64,000 nt of DNA from Bacteroidota bacterium (lineage in GTDB: Bacteria > Bacteroidota > Bacteroidia > Bacteroidales > VadinHA17). The notes beneath the pieces were generated by a model, which did no database searches, had not been told where the DNA came from, and worked only from the letters and a program-made list of their open reading frames with translations. The stretch covers positions 89,271 to 153,270 of the forward strand of contig JAKPOU010000042.1 of assembly GCA_029547705.1 (NCBI GenBank). The letters run 5' to 3'. The position numbers and the translations under genes are program-made. Of the stretch, positions 49,405-57,089 are shown in pieces. Position 1 is the first letter of the stretch. Each line of letters starts with the position of its first letter.

Positions 49405-49992
49405 ATGGAGATAACAAACTGGATATTAGAAAATTACATTGAAATATTGGGTGCCGTTGCAGGTATTGTCTATGTTTTTCTGGAGATAAGGCAGAACATC
49501 TGGCTCTGGCCGGTCGGGATTGTCACCGCATCAGTCTATTTGTGGGTTTTTTTTACCGGCAGACTGTATGCTGAAATGTCTCTTCAGGGTTATTATCTGA
49601 TTATCAGTATTATCGGATGGTATTGGTGGGGAATGCGGACAGGAGGAAAGCAGCCTCAGGGAAAGCTGAAAGTATCGAGAATCAGATCCGGTCCGGCAGT
49701 AATTCTGGCCATTATCCTGATTGTGGTTTATACCGTTATCTGGTTTGTTCTCGACAGGTTTACGGATTCCCCGGTTCCGGAATGGGATTCCTTTATTACT
49801 TCCTTTTCAATAATCGGCACATGGATGCTGGCCCGGAAGATTTATGAACACTGGTATCTGTGGATCATTGCAAATTCTGCTGCCTCTGTCCTGTTCTTCT
49901 CAAGAGGGCTGTATCCGACAATGCTGCTTTATATTATCTATCTCGTGATGTCCTTTGCCGGTCTGAAGGCATGGAAAAAAAGTTTCAAATAA
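49405..49992 (+). CDS. pnuT: PnuC-family transporter, probable thiamine transporter PnuT
   Basis: 195 aa with 7 TM segments and the PnuC pattern (WLWPVGIVTASVYLWVF...LQGYYLIISIIGWYWW). Its genomic context is the TPP regulon. Confidence 0.8.
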   Translation: MEITNWILENYIEILGAVAGIVYVFLEIRQNIWLWPVGIVTASVYLWVFFTGRLYAEMSLQGYYLIISIIGWYWWGMRTGGKQPQGKLKVSRIRSGPAVILAIILIVVYTVIWFVLDRFTDSPVPEWDSFITSFSIIGTWMLARKIYEHWYLWIIANSAASVLFFSRGLYPTMLLYIIYLVMSFAGLKAWKKSFK

Positions 49993-51010
49993 GAATCTGC
50001 CTTGCGAACTCAAGGCATGTCTTTGTTTCCTTCACGGCGTCAGACCATGGCTTGATGTCATATTCGAGTTCAATGTCGATGTATATTGGCCATTTCTGCT
50101 TCTTTATCAGTAAAAGGACATCAGCAATCGGCACTTCACCCTGACCCCACACCTGGTTGGTATTTGCCGGATCAGTTTTCGGGCCGGTTTTGTCCTTCAG
50201 GTGAATACTGTAGATACGTTCGTGGTATTTTTCAATTATGGTATTGGGGTGGATGCCTGTGGAACCAAAGAAATGGCCGGCATCAAAATTCATCATCACA
50301 GCCGGGGATACTGCCAGGAAAGGATCATAGCTGAACCCCGGTGTGGCAAACTGCATATGGTTGTGAAATATGGCATACATTCCGTGTTTTTGTGCTATCG
50401 GGCCAAGTTTTGCGGCAGCTTCTTCCCCGATCTCTTCAGTAACACCTCCGGCTCCCATTGCTTTCGCTGTCCTGAAGGCATAGTCAATTTCCTCATCCGA
50501 CCAGCGTGCGGGGGAGAATTTGACTATATGGACCTTTATTCCCGCGTCATTGAATAATTTTCGGGCCTGTTCCACCTTGGACATTGGCAGGGTAAGGCGC
50601 CATTCCTTCAGATCCTTGTTGTATTTTGCAATTGCAGCTTCCTGTTCAGGGGTCCTTTGAGAGCGTTGCCCCGGGGTTCCTGCCGGACGCTGACCTCCCG
50701 GGGGAGGACCAAACATTCCGGCCATGGGATTTGCCGGGGCCCCCAGGTAAGATTCCAGGTCGCCGCTCATAAGCTCTATGGCACTGAGCCCTGATTGCCT
50801 GCAATACTTTATAATGTTCTCAATTCCGCCCGGCATGCTTCGCCAGCTGTATGTAATAGCTCCGATCTGTACACCTCCGAATTTCGAATCGGGGGAAGAT
50901 GAAACAGGAGATATTTTGGAATAAGTACCTTTCAGTCCTGAACCGGGTACCATACTCAATGCCGCAACAGCGGCACTGTTTTCAATGAATTTACGTCTTG
51001 AGAGTATCAT
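49985..51010 (-). CDS. Xylose-isomerase-like TIM-barrel protein (sugar phosphate isomerase/epimerase family) with a TAT signal
   Basis: 341 aa with a twin-arginine leader (SRRKFIENSAAVAALS) and an AP-endonuclease-2/xylose-isomerase-like barrel pattern. It also has a Gly/Pro-rich insert. Confidence 0.65.
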   Translation of the reverse strand: MILSRRKFIENSAAVAALSMVPGSGLKGTYSKISPVSSSPDSKFGGVQIGAITYSWRSMPGGIENIIKYCRQSGLSAIELMSGDLESYLGAPANPMAGMFGPPPGGQRPAGTPGQRSQRTPEQEAAIAKYNKDLKEWRLTLPMSKVEQARKLFNDAGIKVHIVKFSPARWSDEEIDYAFRTAKAMGAGGVTEEIGEEAAAKLGPIAQKHGMYAIFHNHMQFATPGFSYDPFLAVSPAVMMNFDAGHFFGSTGIHPNTIIEKYHERIYSIHLKDKTGPKTDPANTNQVWGQGEVPIADVLLLIKKQKWPIYIDIELEYDIKPWSDAVKETKTCLEFARQILI

Positions 51011-51166
51011 ATTTACTTTTTTAGTTAGTTGCTAAAACGTGTTATTCGACAACACATCAAAATTCCAACTGCAAACAGATTAATCTACCGGGATTACCGG
51101 ATATAAAAACTTTTCATTAATTGTAAATATAAGAATAATCATATTTACATATAATTATATATCCTG

Positions 51167-51174
51167 TAAATTTG
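51167..51174 (+). promoter_or_regulatory. Candidate -7 box TAaaTTTG upstream of mprF
   Basis: Exact TAnnTTTG match, 20 nt upstream of the ATG at 51194. Confidence 0.45.
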
Positions 51175-51193
51175 TATTACATGTTACCTGTTT

Positions 51194-53827
51194 ATGGAAC
51201 AAGCTGCTTCTGCATCCCGGTCAGCGCGATCTCAGATAAAAGACAGATTTCTGTTTATCAGGGAAAATACAAAACTCATTGCGCGATTTTTATTAGCTGT
51301 TTTATTTATTGCTGTCGGTGCATGGTTTTTAAAACATGAACAGGCAGAAACAGGTGAAATAAAGCGGATTTTATTAACTGCACGATTGGAATACCTGGGG
51401 CTGGGTATACTGGTGACATTGTTCTATATCGTACTTCAGGGATTCATGTATAAAATGGCTTTCGCTTCAATTAAGAGCCGGGTATCTCTGGGATTGACTA
51501 CCATGCTATTTCTCAAACGCAATCTGATCAGCATTTTCATGCCTGCCGGTGGTATAGCCTCTCTTGCTTTTTTTTCTGAGGATATTCAAAAAAAGGGAGA
51601 ATCCAGGACTAAAATCCTCTTTGCATCATCTATTTATGCATTTGTCGGAATCCTCACAATTATCATGGTAGGAATTCCTGTTTTGCTTTATACAATGTTC
51701 AAGGGTATTACCGGGTCCGGTGAAGTTTTTGCTTTAGGAGCAGTGATTCTGATAGTTATTTCACTTTTCGTATCGTTCCGCTCAATATTGAAAAAGAAAT
51801 ACTTATACAAGACCATTGTAAAATACCTTCCTTCCATGGAAGTCTTTCTCGGAGACCTGATAAGTCATAAAATAGATATTAACTATCTTATTATTACTGT
51901 TTTAGTATCCGTTCTGATTGATATGACAGGTATTATTCATCTGTATATCGCTATGTTGGCCTTAGGTTTCAAGGCTTCTCTTTTTTATGCAATGCTGGGA
52001 TATCTGACTGCAGTAATTTCTTTGTCTTTATCTCCATTCATCAGGGGACTTGGTGCGGTTGAGATATCAATGTCATTTATTCTTGTCCGGTTGGGTTATA
52101 CAAATATTGAAGCTATTGCAATAACATTTCTGTACAGGTTCTTTGAGTTCTGGCTGCCATTGTTATCGGGAGCATTGAGTTTCTTTTTGAAGATAAACAA
52201 GATACTGTTCAGAATTTTCCCTGCATTATTAATATTCACACTGGGGCTCATAAACATTATTTCTTCCATTACACCTGCTATTTCCGAACGGATTCATATA
52301 CTTGAGGACTTAATTCCCGTTAATGCCATTGTTGCCTCAAATTATTTTGTCTTTATAGCAGGTGCATTTATGCTGCTGACAGCTGTATTTATGTTGAGGG
52401 GTTCGCGTAATGCCTGGTGGATTGGTCTGATCCTTAGCATTGTTTCATGTATCGGTCATCTGACAAAAGCAATAGATTATGAGGAAGCATCGATTGCTTT
52501 GATTATGGTTATCATACTTATTTTTTCGAGAAAGGAATATAATCTTAAAAGTAACCCCCGGTTACATACCGTGGGGATCTGGTCATCAGTTCTGAGCATG
52601 ACTGTCGTACTGATTTATGGTACAATCGGTTTTTATTTTCTCGATGAAAAACACTTCGGGGCAGACTTTAATTTATGGCAAAGTATTATTTATTCAATTA
52701 AAAACTTCATCCTGATTGGAAGCCCTGATCTGGTACCCGGCAGTCATTTTGCAAAATATTTTCTTATCTCAATGAATATTAACGGTCTGTTGACCTTTTC
52801 TTTTTTGTTTTATACAATCATAAGGCCTTATTTCCTTAAGGTTTCACCGGCTCCGGAGGAGTTGGATAATGCAAAGCGGCTGGTTGAGATTTATGGCAGC
52901 TCAGCCCTGGATTATTTTAAAACCTATAGGGATAAGATGATATTCTTCACGGAAAAACGCGACTCTTTTATTTCTTACAGGACGGCGGGTAATTATGCCG
53001 TCGTACTTGAGAATCCGGTTGCCGCGAACCAGGCAGCAATGGAACAATGTATAATACTCTTCGATAAATTCTGTTATGTAAACGGATTGAAAAATATTTT
53101 TTACCGCGTGCCTGAAGAAACCCTCCAAATTTATAAAAGCCTGTCCAGAAAATGCCTGTTCCTCGGGCAGGAGGGAGTTGTAGATCTTGGTTTATTCACA
53201 CTTGAGGGGGGTAAGAACAAAGCTCTGCGCAATGCCATTAATAAAGTTATCGATGGAGGACTTAAATCTTCAATTCATACTCCCCCCATCATGGACGGGC
53301 TATTGCAAAAACTAAAAACAGTGTCAGATGAATGGCTTAGATCTACCCGGCGCAATGAAATTATTTTCTCACAGGGAATGTTTGACTGGAATGAACTGAA
53401 AAAACAAACTATAATTACTGTTGAAAATCCGGAAGGAAAAGTGATCGCTTTTCTGAATATTATTCCTGACTATAAACAGGGTGAAGCTACATATGACCTT
53501 ATCCGCAGAACTGATGATGCACCTCACGGGGTTCTGGATTTTATGCTTGTTGAACTTTTCAGATACCTGAAATCACAGAATTATTTGACAGTAAATTTAG
53601 GTTTTGCACCTCTGGGCGGAATTACAGATCCACATACTTTTCAGGAAAGATCAATGAAGTTCGCTTATGAAAGGTTAAAATCTTTTGCTCATTTTAAGGG
53701 TTTAAGGAATTATAAAGAGAAGTTTTTCCCTGTATGGTATAATAAATATCTAATATACGCCAATGATTATGATCTTCTCGAGATACCGGCAATTCTTGCA
53801 AAAGTGATACAACCAAATGATGATTGA
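51194..53827 (+). CDS. mprF: Bifunctional aminoacyl-phosphatidylglycerol synthase/flippase (MprF-like)
   Basis: 877 aa. The N-terminal two-thirds have about 14 TM segments. The C-terminal domain is LPG-synthase/DUF2156-like (FSQGMFDW, YDLIRRTDDAPHGVLDFMLVELF, NLGFAPLGG, FKGLRNYKEKFFPVWYNKYL). Confidence 0.85.
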   Translation: MEQAASASRSARSQIKDRFLFIRENTKLIARFLLAVLFIAVGAWFLKHEQAETGEIKRILLTARLEYLGLGILVTLFYIVLQGFMYKMAFASIKSRVSLGLTTMLFLKRNLISIFMPAGGIASLAFFSEDIQKKGESRTKILFASSIYAFVGILTIIMVGIPVLLYTMFKGITGSGEVFALGAVILIVISLFVSFRSILKKKYLYKTIVKYLPSMEVFLGDLISHKIDINYLIITVLVSVLIDMTGIIHLYIAMLALGFKASLFYAMLGYLTAVISLSLSPFIRGLGAVEISMSFILVRLGYTNIEAIAITFLYRFFEFWLPLLSGALSFFLKINKILFRIFPALLIFTLGLINIISSITPAISERIHILEDLIPVNAIVASNYFVFIAGAFMLLTAVFMLRGSRNAWWIGLILSIVSCIGHLTKAIDYEEASIALIMVIILIFSRKEYNLKSNPRLHTVGIWSSVLSMTVVLIYGTIGFYFLDEKHFGADFNLWQSIIYSIKNFILIGSPDLVPGSHFAKYFLISMNINGLLTFSFLFYTIIRPYFLKVSPAPEELDNAKRLVEIYGSSALDYFKTYRDKMIFFTEKRDSFISYRTAGNYAVVLENPVAANQAAMEQCIILFDKFCYVNGLKNIFYRVPEETLQIYKSLSRKCLFLGQEGVVDLGLFTLEGGKNKALRNAINKVIDGGLKSSIHTPPIMDGLLQKLKTVSDEWLRSTRRNEIIFSQGMFDWNELKKQTIITVENPEGKVIAFLNIIPDYKQGEATYDLIRRTDDAPHGVLDFMLVELFRYLKSQNYLTVNLGFAPLGGITDPHTFQERSMKFAYERLKSFAHFKGLRNYKEKFFPVWYNKYLIYANDYDLLEIPAILAKVIQPNDD

Positions 53828-54476
53828 GAGAAAGAAACTAGTTTTAGCTGGTGTAATTGCTTGCTTTACAGCCTGTGCCGGTGATGTTCTGACTTTGTTT
53901 ATACTGGCTGGTAAATATCCTGGATATAATCAGCTTTTTAACACGATAAGCTCGCTCGGTGCATCTGAAAGCCCTGTCTCTTCCATAATTTCCTTATGGT
54001 GGGTAATTCTGGGGGTATTAATAATTTCTTTTGCATTTGGTTTCAGAGCTGCATTTTCACCGGGGAATAAATATATTACTGTAGCATTTTGGTTATTAAT
54101 AATTTACGGATTGGGTGAGGGTATAGCCTCAGGATTGTTTAAAGCCGATCTGGTACATAATTCCATGACTTTGTCCTATGGTATTCATGATATACTTGGA
54201 GGGGCCGGAGTTGTTTGCATTCTTGTACTCCCTCTCGTGGTACAGAAAGTAGATCAGTTCTCCATTAACCCGGGATTCCGGAAATTATCACACGTTGTTT
54301 TTGTGCTTGGCATGTTGATTCAGATATTATTTACCTTTCGGTTTTTTGGAGCCGGCAATAATTTCCCGGGTAAATATACAGGATTATGGCAAAGACTCTT
54401 TTTACTAATGTATTACACGTACATGATAATTATTGCAATCAAAATGATAGTATCAATGGGCAGACAGGAAAAATAA
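53817..54476 (+). CDS. DUF998-like integral membrane protein
   Basis: 219 aa with 6 TM segments and ISSLGASESP after TM1. It overlaps the mprF stop by 11 nt. Confidence 0.5.
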   Translation: MMIERKKLVLAGVIACFTACAGDVLTLFILAGKYPGYNQLFNTISSLGASESPVSSIISLWWVILGVLIISFAFGFRAAFSPGNKYITVAFWLLIIYGLGEGIASGLFKADLVHNSMTLSYGIHDILGGAGVVCILVLPLVVQKVDQFSINPGFRKLSHVVFVLGMLIQILFTFRFFGAGNNFPGKYTGLWQRLFLLMYYTYMIIIAIKMIVSMGRQEK

Positions 54477-54517
54477 TTCAATATTTGAACCATATCCGGG
54501 ATGTAAAAGATATTTCC

Positions 54518-55141
54518 ATGACAATTTCTTCAAAAACCGTCATCCTTGCTGACGGTAGTTTTCCTGAAAATGAGATTCCATTTGGTTATCTCAGAAATGC
54601 TGAAAGGATTGTTTGCTGCGACGGGGGGGCAGATCAGCTGATAAGGGCCGGATTTGTTCCGGAAGCGATAGTCGGGGATCTTGATTCAATATCTCCGGAG
54701 ATCGCGGAAAAGTACAGTGCCCGGCTTTTTCCCGACAGGGACCAGGAAACGAATGATCTTACCAAGGCAGTCAGATGGTGTACCGCGAGGGGGTACAGGG
54801 ATCTGGTGATACTGGCAGCCACGGGGAAGCGTGAAGATCATACAATAGGCAATATTTCGCTTCTTGTTGAGTATGCCGCGGAAGCAGAAGTGATGATGGT
54901 CACTGATTCGGGAGTTTTCCGGCCATATCTGAAATCATGTGTGTTTTCAGCCTTTCCAGGCCAGCAGATTTCTGTTTTTTCAATTAATCCTCAAACGGAA
55001 ATCACTTCCCGCGGACTCGTTTATCCTCTTGAAGCAAGGAAAGTGAAAAACTGGTGGGAAGCCACACTGAACGAAGCCACCGGTGAAAATGTTGAGCTTG
55101 AGTTTGAAGATGGGGCAATAATAGTTTTCAGCTGTTTTTAA
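54518..55141 (+). CDS. Thiamine pyrophosphokinase
   Basis: TPK motifs CCDGGAD, GDLDSI, DQETNDLTKA and ATGKREDH. The start is placed at the ATG at 54518. Confidence 0.88.
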   Translation: MTISSKTVILADGSFPENEIPFGYLRNAERIVCCDGGADQLIRAGFVPEAIVGDLDSISPEIAEKYSARLFPDRDQETNDLTKAVRWCTARGYRDLVILAATGKREDHTIGNISLLVEYAAEAEVMMVTDSGVFRPYLKSCVFSAFPGQQISVFSINPQTEITSRGLVYPLEARKVKNWWEATLNEATGENVELEFEDGAIIVFSCF

Positions 55142-56159
55142 TTCCCGGCAGTCCACGGTCCTGGGCAGAAGTGAGTGGTGATCCGCTTTCCCCCTTTACA
55201 AGATTGATGAGCTGTACCCTGCTCCTGACATTCGTTTTGATGTAAATGCGGTGGGTATGGTCTTTTACCGTCTGAAGGGAAATAAAGAGTTTGTCTGATA
55301 TTTCCTTATTGCTCAGACCTTTGCATATCTCTTTTATCACATCCGATTCACGGGGCGATATTTCATATTTAACACAGAAATCCCTGAACGAAAGATCTCC
55401 TGCGGTCTGACCGGGAACTGATGGCAATAATGCAGCATAGCTCAGGAAAACAGGAATAAATATATTTCCCAGGAAAAAAATAAAAATGAAGATCAGTCCC
55501 GTCCGGGGTTCTGTTTCATGGAAAAGCAGGGGCAGGCACTGGATAACTGTTATCAGCGGCAGTAACAATGCCAGGGAGCGGATATCCTTTTTACGTGTCA
55601 GTGTCCTGCTTCCGGAAGGTATGCTGATGACGGCTGAAGCAAGCAGGGCATAGGCCACATTCATGACAATGAAGTAGTTTCTGATAAGTGGTTCCGTTCC
55701 TGGTGAGTCCGTTCCGGCAACATAATATCCAAGAAGAAATAACAGTGCGAAATTCAGAACCAGGAAGCCCGGAATAAAGTATCTCACTTTCTGCCGGCCT
55801 GCGGCTGATGATGAGAACTGGATCAGCATCAGCCAGGCAAAAATAAGGAATGGGATCCCCATCAGTAAGGGAATATTCGGAAAACCCGGATGGATCCCCC
55901 CCGGTATGTTTGGCAGAAGGAATGCATTTATCAGTACCTGCCCCCATATTCCGTAAAATCCAAATGTGTATATGAAGATCTGAAAATAGAGCAGGAAGCC
56001 GAATGTCTCCGATTTGTGAGTATTTCTCAGTCGTATGGTGAGAGAGATTCCCAGGGTTGCCAGTGCCATGGAAAGGATAAAAACCAGGAAAAACAAAATG
56101 GTCAGCATGATGATATAAAGATATGCAAACAATTTCAGCTGTGTCCGGAGATCTGTCAT
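55128..56159 (-). CDS. Membrane-embedded LuxR-family transcriptional regulator (about 7 TM segments plus a C-terminal HTH)
   Basis: 343 aa. The N-terminal 260 aa are polytopic. The C-terminal LuxR HTH is SPRESDVIKEICKGLSNKEISDKLFISLQTVKDHTHRIYIK. Confidence 0.8.
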   Translation of the reverse strand: MTDLRTQLKLFAYLYIIMLTILFFLVFILSMALATLGISLTIRLRNTHKSETFGFLLYFQIFIYTFGFYGIWGQVLINAFLLPNIPGGIHPGFPNIPLLMGIPFLIFAWLMLIQFSSSAAGRQKVRYFIPGFLVLNFALLFLLGYYVAGTDSPGTEPLIRNYFIVMNVAYALLASAVISIPSGSRTLTRKKDIRSLALLLPLITVIQCLPLLFHETEPRTGLIFIFIFFLGNIFIPVFLSYAALLPSVPGQTAGDLSFRDFCVKYEISPRESDVIKEICKGLSNKEISDKLFISLQTVKDHTHRIYIKTNVRSRVQLINLVKGESGSPLTSAQDRGLPGIKNS

Positions 56160-56254
56160 TTGTTTTCAGATCAGGCCGCGGGCAGGGATACATACTTTGG
56201 TAGTGATGGTGAAAAACACTACGATAGTATTGAGCCGGAAAGGGGATGATAGCT

Positions 56255-56262
56255 TACATTTG
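56255..56262 (+). promoter_or_regulatory. Candidate -7 box TAcaTTTG upstream of the DUF975-like gene
   Basis: Exact TAnnTTTG match, 46 nt upstream of the ATG at 56308. Confidence 0.35.
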
Positions 56263-56307
56263 ACGGGAAGCATGATTATTTAAACAATCAATAAAAACTC
56301 AGACAAG

Positions 56308-57069
56308 ATGAATTCAACAACTGAAACCGGAAAAATCAGAACATACAATCTGTTCCCGACATTCGGGGATAGTTACGGAACCGGCTGGAAAGTGATGCTT
56401 GACAATTTTCTCAGGCTGCTGCTGGTTGTTTTTGTCCTGATGGTTCTGAAAGGCCCGATGAAGGGTTTGAACTATAGTATTGACAGCGGGGACATAAAAA
56501 ACATGGCCTGGAACTGGGACGGCAGCCTGGAGCAGTTTTTCGGAATGGCATCCCTAGGGGCATTTGCATTATTCCTGGGATTACTGGCTCTGGCCTATGC
56601 ACTTCTGGCCCTGCCTGTGGTAAAATATGGAGCGAAAATGATCTTTCTGGAATCAGTAAGGAAGGTCAAACCGGATTTTGAATGGCTTATCAGAGGATTC
56701 TGGACAGGTTACCTTAAAATCATTCTGGCCAATCTGCTGGTTTTTGCACTGATCATGATAGCTTTGTTCGCACTGATTGTACCCGGAATAATAGTGGCAT
56801 GCCGGCTGGCTTTTGTACCTTATATAGTAATGGATAAAAAGCTTGATCCGATTGAATCGGTTGAGCTGAGCTGGAAGCTGACACGAGGCCGGGGCTGGAC
56901 AATATTCCTGATGGGATTTGTAGCGTTTTTCATTTATATTTTTGGTTTTGCCCTTTTTATTATCGGTATTTTTCCGGCTGTAATGTGGGTGAAAAGTTCA
57001 TTTGCATCATTGTATCAGTCTGTACTGCTTGCAGAGGAAAAACCTGCTGTTGAAGAACTTTTGGCATAA
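56308..57069 (+). CDS. Integral membrane protein (DUF975/UPF0259-like)
   Basis: 253 aa with 4-5 TM segments. The pattern ...FVPYIVMDKKLDPIESVELSWKLTRGRGW... is typical of this loosely defined group. Confidence 0.45.
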   Translation: MNSTTETGKIRTYNLFPTFGDSYGTGWKVMLDNFLRLLLVVFVLMVLKGPMKGLNYSIDSGDIKNMAWNWDGSLEQFFGMASLGAFALFLGLLALAYALLALPVVKYGAKMIFLESVRKVKPDFEWLIRGFWTGYLKIILANLLVFALIMIALFALIVPGIIVACRLAFVPYIVMDKKLDPIESVELSWKLTRGRGWTIFLMGFVAFFIYIFGFALFIIGIFPAVMWVKSSFASLYQSVLLAEEKPAVEELLA

Positions 57070-57089
57070 AAAACAAAGACTTGAATTAT

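Noticed and set aside
51011-54480. Calling the AT-rich mprF block a mobile element.
   Set aside because: It has no integrase, transposase, terminal inverted repeats bracketing the block, flanking direct repeats or adjacent tRNA. Compositional anomaly alone does not justify a mobile_element feature.
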